Of a stretch of 64,000 nucleotides of DNA, positions 1-14,007 are shown piece after piece. Below the pieces are notes generated by a model, which was not told the origin of the DNA, made no database searches, and saw only the letters and a list, made by a program, of their open reading frames with translations. Within the stretch, counting starts at the first letter, position 1; each line of letters opens with the position of its first letter. The stretch lies in assembly GCF_006345805.1 (NCBI RefSeq), contig NC_043007.1, forward strand, positions 72,354,001 to 72,418,000, given 5' to 3'. The position numbers and the translations under genes are program-made. Origin of the DNA: Octopus sinensis (taxonomy: Eukaryota).

Positions 1-286
1 ATATATAACGGGTATTTTTTTTTTATACGTATTACTGGTGAAGACTGATTTAATTGGAAAAAGTTGTGCGATTCGACGTTATTATTTGTGTTACATTTGG
101 GTCGAGGAATTGGAATCGGAGAACCCCCCCAAAAAAATTATAAATAAATAAATAACATTCTTTTAGTTTTCTATTGGCTTTAGTCATTGTATTTATTCTG
201 TGGAACCGTGCCTCCAAACGTTTCGAAAGTCAAAGAGACGGATCTAATTGACTCTCCACTTGCATGGGACTCACCATAAAATCTCA

Positions 287-630
287 CTTGGGCAAGTGTC
301 TTCTACTGTAGCCTCGGGCTGACCAAAGCCTTGTGAGTGGATTTGGTAGACGGAAACTGAAAGAAGCCCGTCGTATATATGTATATATATATGCATGTGT
401 GTATATGTTTGTGTGTCTGTGTTTGTCCGCCCTAACATCGCTTGACAACCGATGCTGGTGTGTTTACGTCCCCGTAACTTAGCGGTTCGGCAAAAGTGAC
501 CCATAGAATAAGTACCAGGTTTACAAAGAATAAGTCCTGGGGTCGATTTGCTCGACTAAAGGCGGTGCTCAGGCATGGCCACAGTCACATGTGTGAAACA
601 AGTAAAAGAGTAAAAGAGTAAAGAGTAAAC
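287..630 (+). mobile_element. tRNA-derived SINE family A, 5'-truncated
   Basis: Contains the family core cttgggcaagtgtcttctac...gacggaaactgaaagaagcccgtcg, an internal (TA/TG)n tract, the second module cttagcggttcggcaaaa...gtcgatttgctcgactaaaggcggtgctc and an (AGAGTAAA)n tail. More than 10 copies occur in the window. Confidence 0.9.
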
Positions 631-713
631 TTAACTCCATACATAGACATAGATAGATAGATACATACATACATACATACATACATACATACATACATAC
701 ATACATACATACA

Positions 714-745
<32 letters not shown>

Positions 746-1158
746 AGGTGTGGCTGTGTGGCAAGAAGTTTGATTCCCAACCACTTGGTTCCAGGTTCTG
801 TCTCACTGTGTGACACCTTGGCAGGTGTGTTCCAGTATAGCCCCGGGCCGATCAATTCCTTGTGAGTAGATTTGGTTGACAGAAACTGAATATATATAAG
901 TGTGTGTGTGTGGGGGGGGGGGGTGTTTGTATTTGTGTGTGCATGCGTGTGTGTCGTTGTATCTGTGTTTGTCCTCTCCATCTCTTGACAACCGTGTTTA
1001 TGCCACCGTAACTTAGCGGCTCAGCAAAAGAATCCGATAGAATAAGTACCGGGCTTTAAAAAAATTAAGTATGTGGATCAATTAATTCGACGAAAATTCC
1101 TCGAGTGGTGTCCCAGCATGGCTGCAGTCTAAGGACTGAAACAAATAAAAGATAAAAA
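746..1158 (+). mobile_element. SINE family A, diverged full-length copy
   Basis: tRNA-like head aggtgtggctgtgtggcaag...ggttctgtctc followed by the same modules and an aaataaaagataaaa tail. Preceded by (ATAC)n at 660-742. Confidence 0.8.
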
Positions 1159-1165
1159 AGGTATA

Positions 1166-1212
<47 letters not shown>

Positions 1213-2224
1213 ACACACACACATACACGCATGTAAATATGTATGTATGTATAACATTCATTAATATATTCGTATTTCAGTGCTCATTTTTATGTTTGAC
1301 GTATATTAACACACATACACTCACACACACAACACTCACACACACACACACACACAACTCCCTCTCTCTCTCACACACACTCATACAATTACGCACACAC
1401 ACACACATTAACCTCTGATTTCGATCAGCTGTGCTTCTAGCTTCAGAGTTAATGAACCAATACATGCAAACTCACGAAAGTCTGTTCTCTAGGAACGGTT
1501 CCGTTGAAAAGAAAAAAACCCTGAAGTTTCGCGTTACGACTCCTCAACGGAATATACTCAAATACATTTAAATGGCCTCCTGAGAGAGTCGTGCTTATAT
1601 TTGACTTCATATCGTAAGTAGGATTATGGTGGCAATATTGTAAGTCGTGCTGTGGTTATTCGGTGTAAAAAAAAATCCAGTAGAATTACAATTGGCTGCA
1701 AACAGAGGGAAACAGTTGTTAGGCTTCGTTATAGAATATGTACAGGGTAGAGGAGAAAAGGTGTAGAAACACTAAGAGAAATGTCATCAAAAAGGTGCTT
1801 TCTGTATTTATTGGTTTTAAATATAGTGACTTTTATCTTTATGGTCAGAGAGCAGACTTCATACCATACACCCACACCATGTTTCTTTTTTCTTTTTTTT
1901 TTTTTTCATAGAATGGTGTTCGTCTTCTTGCATTTATGTTTAAAGGTTCTTTATTTCTTTATAAATATTACTTGTGTAAATTAATGTAGATTTGTTTGTT
2001 TCTATAGTCTGTTAAATTTCTTTTAATTCATTTCTTTTAGTAAGTATTCCAAAATGAAATTCGTGAATCGTAGTAAATGCTAATTTGGGGGAGTTTTATT
2101 GTTCTCTAAGAAAGAATTAAGTATTTATTTAGTTATTCTCCTTCTTTGTTTTAACAAATGGTAATTTTGTTATTTTTACCAAACTATTTATATTTTTGTT
2201 GTTGTTATTACTGTTGTTATTGTT

Positions 2225-2400
2225 ATATTGCTATTAGCTCCAGCTCAGCCCTGACCGAGCAGTCCAATGATCAAAGAACATTTCAGTCGGGACCATGCCG
2301 CCATTTTTAAATATCAGAAACTACATTATTCAATGTGTCCTTCCTGTCTTTAAAACAGTTGGGTGTAATTTGTAGGAATTTCGTTCGAGTATGTCTATCT
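2225..2400 (+). mobile_element. Ancient interspersed repeat (family E), unclassified
   Basis: cagccctgaccgagcagtccaatgatcaaag...acattattcaatgtgtccttcc is similar to segments at about 34430, 36260, 37140 and 39020. Confidence 0.5.
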
Positions 2401-2987
2401 TGTTTGATCTGTTGAAAGTAAAAACACTGAGACCCAACGGTGCCATCTTACATCTAACTTAATCTTTCTTCTTCCATTAGCACAGCAATCGTATTATACA
2501 CACTTCTTATACTAATCAAACGTGTTGTTAGAGAACAGGAAGAATTTAACATCATTTCTTAAGCCAAAAACACATAAACGAAAATGTCTACCCTAATTAC
2601 ACAACTACATACACGTGTTGTGTGTGTTTGTGTGTTTTGTCTTTTTTCGGTTATTCTTATTCGTTTTATCTCTACTCATTCTCTTCATTAATTCCATTGA
2701 CTCACATATCTTATTATACCTTTTCTTCTCTCTCAGCATTTCCCTCGGTTAATCAGCATCAGCTTCCGTTTCTTCCTTTCGTTTTCCAACCGCTTACCTC
2801 CCCTATATATACTGTAATATTGTACATGAAGCACACAAACACACACACACACACACTCTCTCTCTCTCTCTCTAAGTACAATCATTCCCGCAATCTCTGT
2901 ATCACTATTATTTTATTACATTGTAGAGCTCTACTGTAGAGTTCTTTCTAATTTTTCCATTTCTCTGCTCTCATCCTATCTTACTCT

Positions 2988-3674
2988 TTTCCATCTCTCA
3001 GTGTACTTCCTGGTTTGCTCACATGACTGCCTGTCTCACTTGCTGTTGATTGTTGTTTATTTCTCTCACTCTATCTCACTCTCTTTACCTTTATATGAAT
3101 TTCTTAATTTTTCAGCACAGCCACTGCTTTCTCTTTCCAGGGTGACAGAAAGAAGGAATAAAATTAGACACTTATGTTGACATCCTATATGTTTTATACA
3201 CATGGAAACAAACACACACACATATATCTATAAACATATGCGCGTGTATTTCTTTCTGTTTCATTGTACAAGCGAGGGAAAAAATGTAGCCCATACATAG
3301 AGTAGAGTTTAGTAATTTGTTCGAGGATGAAGTTTTCATTCTATCGCTACCTCGATAGCTACATTATTTTCCTTGTGTTTCAGTTCGAGAAGGAATGTAT
3401 ATTTTGTATATATAATCAGTTTTTGAAAGTATTTCCATCTGTGTATGTGTTTGTTTCCATGTGTATAAAACATATAGAATGTCAACTTAAGTGTCTAATT
3501 TTATTCCTTCTTTCTGTCACCTTGTAAAGAGAAAGCAGTGGCTGTGCTGAAAAATTAAGAAATTCCTATAAAGGCAAAGAGAGTGAGATAGAGTGAGAGA
3601 AATAAACAACAATCAACAGCAAGTGAGACGGGCAGTCATGTGAGTAAACCAGGAAGTACACTGAGAGATGGAAA
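2988..3674. mobile_element. Foldback/MITE-like element with ~233-bp inverted arms
   Basis: 2988-3220 is the near reverse complement of 3440-3674 (e.g. cagtgtacttcctggttt / aaaccaggaagtacactg). No clear TSD. Confidence 0.8.
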
Positions 3675-4182
3675 GTCTCATGTACTGTTTTTGCATAACC
3701 ATATTGGGGTACCATATTATCCTAACATGCCTGTGCCTTTGTAAGGCACTTACTGTTTAGTAGACATAATGTTACTTTATTGGGGTTGCATTTGAACTGT
3801 GGTTTATTCTTGTCCCTATGTGCATGCAGTTAATCATTAAAAAAAAAATCTCTTTGAGATTAGAGATATCTAAACACAACTATAGCTAACTTTCACTTTT
3901 TTTATGAAGAGCTTGTAGAAGTATTAGCTGGGAAAATGGTTTTGATAAACACAATTTCGTGTTATGTTTCATGACATTTATGCTGAAGAATGGATTGAAA
4001 CAGGGCCCTTCCTTTGGCAATTGAAGTGTTCTGTTATGTATTCTAGTTTCTTTTTAAATCTGAGTTTCTCAAACATTAATGTATTCATAGAATATTGCGC
4101 AGCCTGATTAAATATTTCTGAAGAAAGTTATGTTAAATATCTTGCTAATGTTTCCAACATTCTTTCATTATGGAACATTTCT

Positions 4183-4600
4183 TATTTCTTTATTGCCCAC
4201 AAGGGACTAAACATAGAGGGAACAAACAAGCATAGACAAACGGATTAAGCCGATTATATCGACCCCAGTGCGTAACTGGTACTTAATTTATCGACCCCGA
4301 AAGGATGAAAGGCAAAGTCGACCTCGACGGAATTTGAACTCAGAACGTAGCGACATACGAAATACCTATTTCTTTTACTACCCACAAGGGGCTAAACACA
4401 GAGAAGACAAACAAGGACAAACAAACGGATTAAGTCGATTATATCGACCCCAGTACGCAACTGGTACTTAATTTATCGACCCCGAAAGGACGAAAGGCAA
4501 AGTCGACCTCGGCGGAATATGAACTCGGAACGTAGCGGCAGACGAAATACCGCTAAGCATTTTGCCCGGTGTGCTAACGTTTCTGCCAGTTCGCCGCCTT
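4183..4600 (-). mobile_element. SINE family B dimer (full monomer 4367-4600 plus 5'-truncated monomer 4183-4366)
   Basis: Two head-to-tail B units flanked by one 16-bp direct repeat, attatggaacatttct (4167-4182, 4601-4616). Confidence 0.9.
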
Positions 4601-5094
4601 ATTATGGAACATTTCTGTTAAGGTAAGTCCTCGTTTCGTTCTCTACAATGCCAATAGTACCTGGCGTTAATTGGAAAAAAAATCTTATCTAAAATTTTAA
4701 TGACGATATCAAGTTTTGAGTGCGGTTCTATTTGCCACTTTTACTTAAACTACGAAAGCAGTTACAACCGTAACCCAATCAGTGGCTTTATATTTTATTT
4801 GTTCATTCACTCATCCACTCACAAGCATTAATCTTACTTTGGAAACTCCACTTTAATGATGTCAATACGTTTGGCAAAAACATAATATATTCATTCAATT
4901 TGGAATTTTCTAAAAATCTTTTATAACGGTGTCTGCTTGTTCGACAATACATTGGTATTCCATCATTCCAGTACAGTCCTATTCATCGGGAAATGAAACT
5001 ACTACCGTTTGTGACCAGAATAAACCCAATACATTTCCTAAGTTTCATAGTAGCTACCTATGCTAGCATTGAGTACTCTATAATATACGCTCTA

Positions 5095-5329
5095 AAGGCG
5101 GCGAGCTGGCAGAAACGTTAGCACGCCGGGCGAAATACGTAGCCGTATTTCGTCTGCCGTTAAGTGTTCTGGGTTCAAATTCCGCCGTGGTCGACTTTGC
5201 CTTTCATCTTTTCGGGGTCGATAAATTAAGTACCAGTTACGCACTGGGGTCGATGTAATCGACTTAATCCGTTTGTCTGTCCTTGTTTGTCCCCTCTGTG
5301 TTTAGCCCCTTGTGGGTAGTAAAGAAATA
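5095..5329 (+). mobile_element. SINE family B, young full-length copy
   Basis: Head aaggcggcgagctggcagaaacgttagc with B-box-like ggttcaaattcc, core gtcgactttgcctttcatc..., tail ccccttgtgggtagtaaagaaata. Perfect 16-bp TSD tataatatacgctcta (5079-5094, 5330-5345). Confidence 0.95.
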
Positions 5330-5384
5330 TATAATATACGCTCTATATCCAAGAGTGATTTGTGATTTAGGTACAAGGCCCGTA

Positions 5385-5563
5385 ATTTTGAGGGAATGTG
5401 GGTCAGTCAATAACAGTACTTGGCTAGCATTTTATGTTATCGATCTCGAAAGAATGAAGGCAAAATTCACCTTAGTTTGATTTGAACTCAGAATGCAAAG
5501 AGTTGAAAGAAATACCGCTAAGTTGTTTTCCGATGCTCTAACGAATCCACCATTTCGCCGCCT
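5385..5563 (-). mobile_element. Old SINE B2 (B head/core, different tail)
   Basis: Degenerate match to the B head and core. Confidence 0.6.
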
Positions 5564-5653
5564 TAGAATATGAGATAATAAGACATACAATAGTGGATTA
5601 TGTTCTTCTATGTACAAAACTTTAGGATTTAGGACTGTGACGTAATTGTTCTG

Positions 5654-6007
5654 TTACTCTTTTACTTGTTTCAGTCATTTGACTGCGGCCATGCTGGAGC
5701 ACCGCCTTTAATCGAGCAACTCGACCCCCGGGACTTATTCTTTGTAAGACCAGTACTTATTCAATCGGTCTCTTTTGCCGAACCGCTAAGTGATGCTAGA
5801 GGGACAAACATATACACACACATACATATATACATATATACGACAGGCTTCTTTCAGTTTCCGTCTACCAAATCCACTCACTCACAAGGCTTTGGGTCGG
5901 CCCGAGGCTATAGCAGAAGACACTTGCCCAAGATGCCACGCAGTGGGACTGAACCCGGAACCATGTGGTCGGTTAGCAAGCTACTTACCAAACAGCCACT
6001 CCTGCAC
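5654..6007 (-). mobile_element. SINE family A with internal deletion
   Basis: Reverse complement of the A consensus from the tail (ttactcttttacttgtttcagtc) to the head (cagccactcctgc). Confidence 0.9.
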
Positions 6008-6129
6008 CTCGGAGTGTTGTTTATATCTTTTGATAGTTATGTATAAAAAGTGGCATAGCTTTTTACGGGATTGAGACTGTCACATTCTCAGTTTGATCAG
6101 GGCTTACAGGGAACAAAACACAAACTCAC

Positions 6130-7560
<1,431 letters not shown>

Positions 7561-8614
7561 CGCACTTATCTACGTCCACGTGTTATTAGGTACGTGAATG
7601 TTTGCTGTATCTATGGACTGTATTGTACACATACTTGTCATGACATCAGTTCTAGAGGTATCTTTCGTGGCTATGTGAGTGATTCTCTTAGTGGACAAAT
7701 GCATCTGTTCAGTATTACATGCAAAAACGCCTATGTACGTGCCTGTAGGCGAATGTGTACGTAATTGTTTATGTGTGTGTGCTTGGAAACGTTTGTAAGT
7801 CTGTGCACGTGTGTTTGCGAGCAAATATTGGTGTGTTTGTACATGAGAGTGTGCATGTATGTTAGGATATATGTATGTATAAAAGAAAGTTTCCAGTATT
7901 TATACGTACTGCTGCTATAAGTTTCTGTCTGTTTCTGCGGCTGTACATCATCTTATGGCTGTTCTGTTATCTTATTTTGTTTTTGTTTTTGGTTTTGGTA
8001 TTCTAAATAGCTCCGAACTTAATTCTAATTATCTCCAAAATGTTAACTCTGTAGCTGCCAGAATTGTCAATGTTTCGCACTGAACTTATTTCGAGGTGGC
8101 TGTTAATTTATGAGAATCTACATCTATTGAATGAACTACTCCGTTTGTTTAAAGCTGATCTCAAATAAGAATTATCCCATTCAGCTGACTAATGATAACG
8201 TTGTTGGGTTTTTTTTTGTTTGTTTGTTTGCTTTCTTATTGATGATTTTTCGGAATGGTTCGTGACATGAACGAGCCAAACTAGCGCCTAATTAGTAGTG
8301 ATTGTTATAGTGAAGTATAAATAGAGTTAATTGAACTTTCTATAGCTTCACACGACAGCTTCATAGAGAAAACTGAAGCTTTTCATAAATGTATCTCTTG
8401 AGAATTATAACTTTGAAGTCCTTGAGAAAAAAAAAAACAAAAAAAAACTTTTACCCATTACTCATGGTGCAGATCAATAAATTTGTTCTCGGCCAATATT
8501 GAGCAGCAGGCAATTGGAAATACATAAATATTTTAGCTTCAAACTGGCCGAGTGGTTACGGCATCGGACTGCTGGTTTATGGATCAGGAGTTTAATTTCG
8601 CTTTTAGAACTTCT

Positions 8615-8775
8615 TTAAGTTAGTTAGACTTGTCTAGGAGTGTTACCAGTTTTAAGAAACGTTCCTGTACATGGAAACCGGCAGTTTAATTTTGTTTTGG
8701 CATTTCCTTAAGTTGGTCAGACTTGTCTCGGAATGTTACCAGTTTTAAGAAACGTTCCTGTACATCAAAACCGGC
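8615..8775. repeat. Two ~66-bp direct repeats, period ~91 bp
   Basis: agacttgtct.gga.tgttaccagttttaagaaacgttcctgtacat..aaaccggc occurs twice. Confidence 0.8.
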
Positions 8776-8900
8776 TGAATACACCTAGGACTACGTTATC
8801 AAATCTGGGTGGGATATGTGAGCATTTAGTGCTATCTTGTCTGGTCAACGATTTTAGAAGTAGGAAGTGGTCAAAGATATAGGCCTAAGCATTTAATATA

Positions 8901-9418
8901 CCGTAAATCCTCGAGTATAATCCGCATTTTTTCCCAAAATGTAAAGGTCAAAATATCTAGTGCGTACTATATACGAGGTTAAAAATGAAAAATATTTTCT
9001 AAGCAATGTCTGAGTCTCTATTTCATATCCGGCAATGTTTATTCAGGCGCATTTTGTGATGTCGGGCGCGAAAATATCTTAAGCTAAGCCTGAAAGCGAT
9101 GAAATCATAAAAGAATCATTCATAACTTGCAGTAAGCAACATTTATTAAAATAAAAGTATTCAGAACACAGAATAACAAGTAACAAAAACAATTTGCAAA
9201 CATATTTACATTCCCAAATTACAGTTAAAAACATTACCATTATTGTATTACGCACGCGCGGAAGTGTTTGTTCGACTAGATGCTACTGGCTTAATTACGC
9301 ACGACTCAAGTTAGAGGAGTGCGTATTATACATAAGGTTTAGGTTTTTCAGAGGTACAATCCCCTAAAAATCCCCTGTGTATTATACTCAAGGGCGGACT
9401 ATACTCGAAGATTTAGGG
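8901..9418. mobile_element. Tc1/mariner (pogo/Tigger-like) MITE
   Basis: TIRs ccgtaaatcctcgagtataatccgc / gcggactatactcgaagatttaggg, TA on both sides (8899-8900, 9419-9420), and subterminal repeats of the tgcgtattatac motif. Confidence 0.8.
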
Positions 9419-9612
9419 TAGAACATTGAATATTTAGGACTAACCATAGTAGATTAATAGGAAACCTGTTACCATAGACAATCAACCATGAGGTTGACTG
9501 TTCGCGTCCTATCAGCGACTCTGTGACGGTTCCAATCGTCGACGATTTTGTATCCATACAAAAGAACTTTCATTTTTAGTGACCAAACGCAAATATCTAA
9601 GATGATATTATT

Positions 9613-9657
<45 letters not shown>

Positions 9658-10071
9658 TAAGCACTGCACCATTAACCAGTTTTTCATTGCTTTACAGCAC
9701 TGAATTCAATTAGTCTACCTGGAGACTCTATTTGGGATTGACATTCATACTAACGATGGTCACCTTTTATCTCTCAAATATTTTAAAGTAAAACAAACAA
9801 GCAAACAAACTAATAATAGGCACCGGTTTTATGTTTCGATAGATCGTGAGGATTTTTCTTTCTTTGATGGTTTGATGTAGCGCTCTGTTGTGATCAAACC
9901 AGTTTTATATTCATTTAGGATGTTATAAGAAACAATGTAGTAATTTTCATAATTTTCCCAGTTATCAGCGACGAAAAGCAAGTGGGATAGTTTCTTAACA
10001 CCAAATGAAACTGTTTCCTTGACTCAGAGGATTGGTTGCATGTCTCTTGTTCTATAGTGCTCAGCTCAACT

Positions 10072-10520
10072 GCAAATATTGGTTCCAAATTTTAGCACAA
10101 GACCAGCAGATTTGTGGGAGGGAATAAGTCGATTACATCGACCCAAGCAGTGGTACTTATTTTATCAACTCCGAAAAGATGAAAGGCAAAGTGGATCTCG
10201 ATGGAATTTGAATTTAGAACGTAAAGACCAACGAAATGTTACGAAACACTTTGCTCGGCGCGCTAACAATTCTGCCAGCTCGCCGCCTTGTCAACCGCAA
10301 ATATTGGTTTCAAATTTTGGCATAAAGCCAACAGCTTCAGTGGAGAAGATAAGTCGATTACATCGACCCCAATGTTGAACTGGCACTTATTTTATCGACC
10401 CCGAAAGGATGAAAAGTAAAGTCGATTTCGGTGGAAATTGAACTCAGAACTAGAAGATGGACGAAAAGCCGCTCAGCACTTTGCTTGGTGTGCTAACGGT
10501 TCTACCAACTCACCGCCTAG
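10072..10520 (-). mobile_element. Two tandem SINE B2 copies
   Basis: Two units, each with the B head/core and a tail related to ttgtgccaaaatttgaaaccaatatt. Confidence 0.8.
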
Positions 10521-11195
10521 TGAACAGCAAATATTGATACAATAAAAGAGTCTGAAACGACCCCGTCTAATTTGGACCTACAGCTGAGAAAAAGTTGATA
10601 TCCGGTCACAGGAAATGAATAATAACCAGTGACAAAGACGTGAAAAGAAGGAAAAAATAAAAATAATCATAAATACAAGTCTTCCTACAAAACGTAAATG
10701 AGCAATGGAGACACACATTCCATAAACGAGCAAGGTGCTGTTTACTTTACATAGATCATTACGAACGGAAGTAAGATGATAAAAGGTTTTGTTCTTAAAT
10801 CATACGACTGTGAGATATTTTCAATGCTTCCAGCAGGAATCTATTCTCACCGTCTGACGTCTGCTTTAAATTACAACTTTATGTCATATGTAATTAATGA
10901 GTGTGAGCGAAATACCGTGATTTGGTTTCGATTTCCTGGTGGATCTGTTCACATAGGAACTTTCTCGCCCCCCAAAATAACTGGCAGAAACCATTTAATT
11001 CGGTTAACCAGGTATTAATACTATTATTGCGTTATATGCCTTTAGTAACATCATAGTAATATTCCCTCAGTAAAGATGAACACATACATACACCTACGTG
11101 CGCGCGCGCACATACACATACACGCGCGCGCGCGTATTAGTAGTGAGTTCTCCAGTCAGTAGAGGGGTCAGCAACCAATGTTATAGCCATTAGAG

Positions 11196-11405
11196 AGCAG
11201 CGAGCTGGCAGAATCCGGACAATATGCTTGGCGGCATTTCGTCCGTCTTTACCTTATGAGTTCAAATTCTGCCGAGATTGGCTTTACATTTCATTCTTTC
11301 AGGGTCGATAAAAAATAAGCAGCAGTTGGATACGGGTCCATGCAATCCACTAGCACTCTCTCCCGAAACTCCTGGACTTGTACCAAAATTTGAAACCAAT
11401 ATTAT
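11196..11405 (+). mobile_element. SINE B2
   Basis: gcgagctggcagaat...gtaccaaaatttgaaacc. Confidence 0.75.
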
Positions 11406-11637
11406 AACCGTTAGACTCTCCACGCAGCTTGTCTTCAGTGGTGAAGAATTCTGTAGGACCAGTTCACTTTTCGGAAAAGCTGATAGCAGAATGCTAATGC
11501 AAATGTTTGCCACAAACTCAATGTACAACATACTCCAGTATTTTCTATTAAGGTTATCTCCTGGTTTAGTTGCCTTCATCACAGCTAAGAGTCTAATTCA
11601 CCGTGGTTGGCTAAATGCCCACATCAATCTAGACACG

Positions 11638-11691
<54 letters not shown>

Positions 11692-11757
11692 TTGTACGGG
11701 AAAAGAAAAGTGAAATCTTTGATTAAAGTGCAATAGTATATTTTGTGAGCATGGAGG

Positions 11758-11968
11758 GTGGTTAGCTGGCAGAATTGTTAGCCCATGGGGCAAAATGCTT
11801 AGCGATATTTCGTTCGTCTTAACATTCTGAGTTCAAATTCCACTACGGTCGACTTTGCTTCTCATCCTTTCGGGGTCGATAAAATAAGTACCAGTTGGGC
11901 CCTGGGGTCAATGTAATCGAGTTACCCCCTCTCCTGAAATTTCTGACCTTGTGCCCAAATTTGGAACT
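11758..11968 (+). mobile_element. SINE B2
   Basis: agctggcagaattgttagc...ttgtgcccaaatttggaac. Confidence 0.75.
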
Positions 11969-12609
11969 ATTACTTTTATGGGCACGAGTTCAATCACCGG
12001 GTGAGTCTATATAAATAATGTGGTTAAAGTGGGACCGACACACGGCCTCACAAGTTCGAGACTAGTTGATAAAACATCTCTGATATGAAGAAAAGAATGA
12101 GAACCATCCACCTCAGTGAGTTTAATGAAAGTTTGGTTGAAATTTTTTGTTTAAAGGTTGAGCATGACGAGATACTGTAGGAGCCCGGAGGAGAGAATAG
12201 TTGAAATATTGTGACTATAACAACCAGGATGAAACACTACTTTAAATATAGAGGCTAATGGAAATTCTTCATACCAGAAACTCAGATAAATGTACGCATG
12301 TTTTCTTTTTTTCCCTTTCTTAAATTTAAAGTTAATTTTTACTGGCCACCTGCTTGGTAGTGAGGTTTTGAAGGAAAGTATCTTGTTTTAGTTCATCATC
12401 CTTCAAATATTAAGAAAGTCTTGCAGATCTTTATTGTTCTAGATAGCGTGATCATTTGTAATATTTGAATTAAAGAGTTGTTATATATGTTTGAATGAAT
12501 GTCATTAGACATAAATGCTAAACATAACATGATCTGGTCGGTCTAATCTGAAGCACATTATGATAATTTTTACCCAACAAATAACGAACTATCACTTATG
12601 ATAGGATTT

Positions 12610-13100
12610 GCGATATTAGTTGGAACAAATTTAAAGTAACTTCGACACTCATAATTATGTGAAATATATCTGGCTGCTGGGAACGAAATCTGTCTCTGTG
12701 GGCCGACTAGTAACATCATGTCTTTTGTTATCTTCGAATAAAAACCTAACGGTACCAGTCAAAGACCCGCTCAGAATCACAATATATGACTTCTGATTGT
12801 CCAGTGCTTCGAATGAATTGTGATAAAGCAACGAAGTAGAGCGGAACTATAACTGTTGAACTTATCCGAATCCAAACCATTCTCCACAACTAAAGCCAGG
12901 TCACTCTGTCTGTTTGAAATAACAGACAAAATCTTCCACAAATCTGCCATTGGTTAATGTAGTATAGAAAAAAAGACCGGATCGTCATATTTGGAAAGTC
13001 TTTGATCATAGGTCTGCTTAATATTACACATTGACAAGAACCTGTCATCAAATATAAATCAATTATTCTAACACATGAAGAATATCTTTGAATCACAGTT
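12610..13100 (-). pseudogene. Highly degraded BEL/Pao-like integrase remnant
   Basis: Frameshifted minus-strand pieces PMADL... and YFVALSQFIRSTGQSEVIYCDSERVF resemble the Pao integrase motifs Q.MADLP and ALRRFIARRG.P..IYSDNG.NF, in the right order. Confidence 0.4.
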
Positions 13101-14007
13101 CTGCACTTTTGTAGTGTTTTCTTTTTTTTTTTTTTTTCACAAAATTATCCCTCTCCACCTCACCTATTTAAATGTTTAGTTTTTCGTTTCGTAATAAATG
13201 TTGTGTGTTTTACCGAACACTGCTGTTTAATGCTAAATCTTACTTTTCTTATAGCGACCTCCCATTTCACTATGCTTGTGCGTATGTGTGTGTGTGTGTG
13301 TGTATGTGTGTAGTGTTTTAAAATACGTCAGGTAATGTAATATGTGGATAATTGAGAATGCTCGGACCAAAAAGAAGAGAAGCGAGTTCGCAGACGTGAA
13401 ACCGATGAAACTAAATACTGATGAAACTGGAGTGAAATCTATCTGTGGAAAACATGAAATAAATTCAGACTTTGGTTTCACTCTCCACGGGAATATCATG
13501 GATTGAACAGATTGCAGATTGCAAACCGAATTGATTGTTTAAGTTAGATGAGATGAAGTTGATATTCAACATGACACATAATAACTCTTAACTTGAACGT
13601 TGCAGGAAAATGGACGAGTCCAAAGATACTGGTAGTGGGTGGGTGAGAGGGTGGTGAAGATGTAGAGTAGATATTTTGATTATAGAATAAACTAAGTACA
13701 GAATCACGGCACAAGTTTTTACTGAACACTCGCAAACTAAATATATTATTTCATTGCTGTGAAAATGTGTGCTCAGAAGATTATTTGTAAGCCAAAAACT
13801 ATTAAGTATAGATTGCGAAAATGAGTAGAATCGAACAGAAATCTTTTAGAAACATCTCTTTGCGACCTGAGTTCAATTCACACTGAGGACGATATTGTCT
13901 TAAATTAATCCGGTTTTGATAGAATAAATAATAGTCAAGTATCGCGGCCCCTCCTATTATTCGATGACCAGTGCCTATGATAGAAATCATCATTAGAGTG
14001 GGGAATT

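Noticed and set aside
13405-13450. CUGAUGA...GAAA motif as a hammerhead
   Set aside because: The 9-nt intervening sequence cannot form a credible stem II, and there is no stem I.
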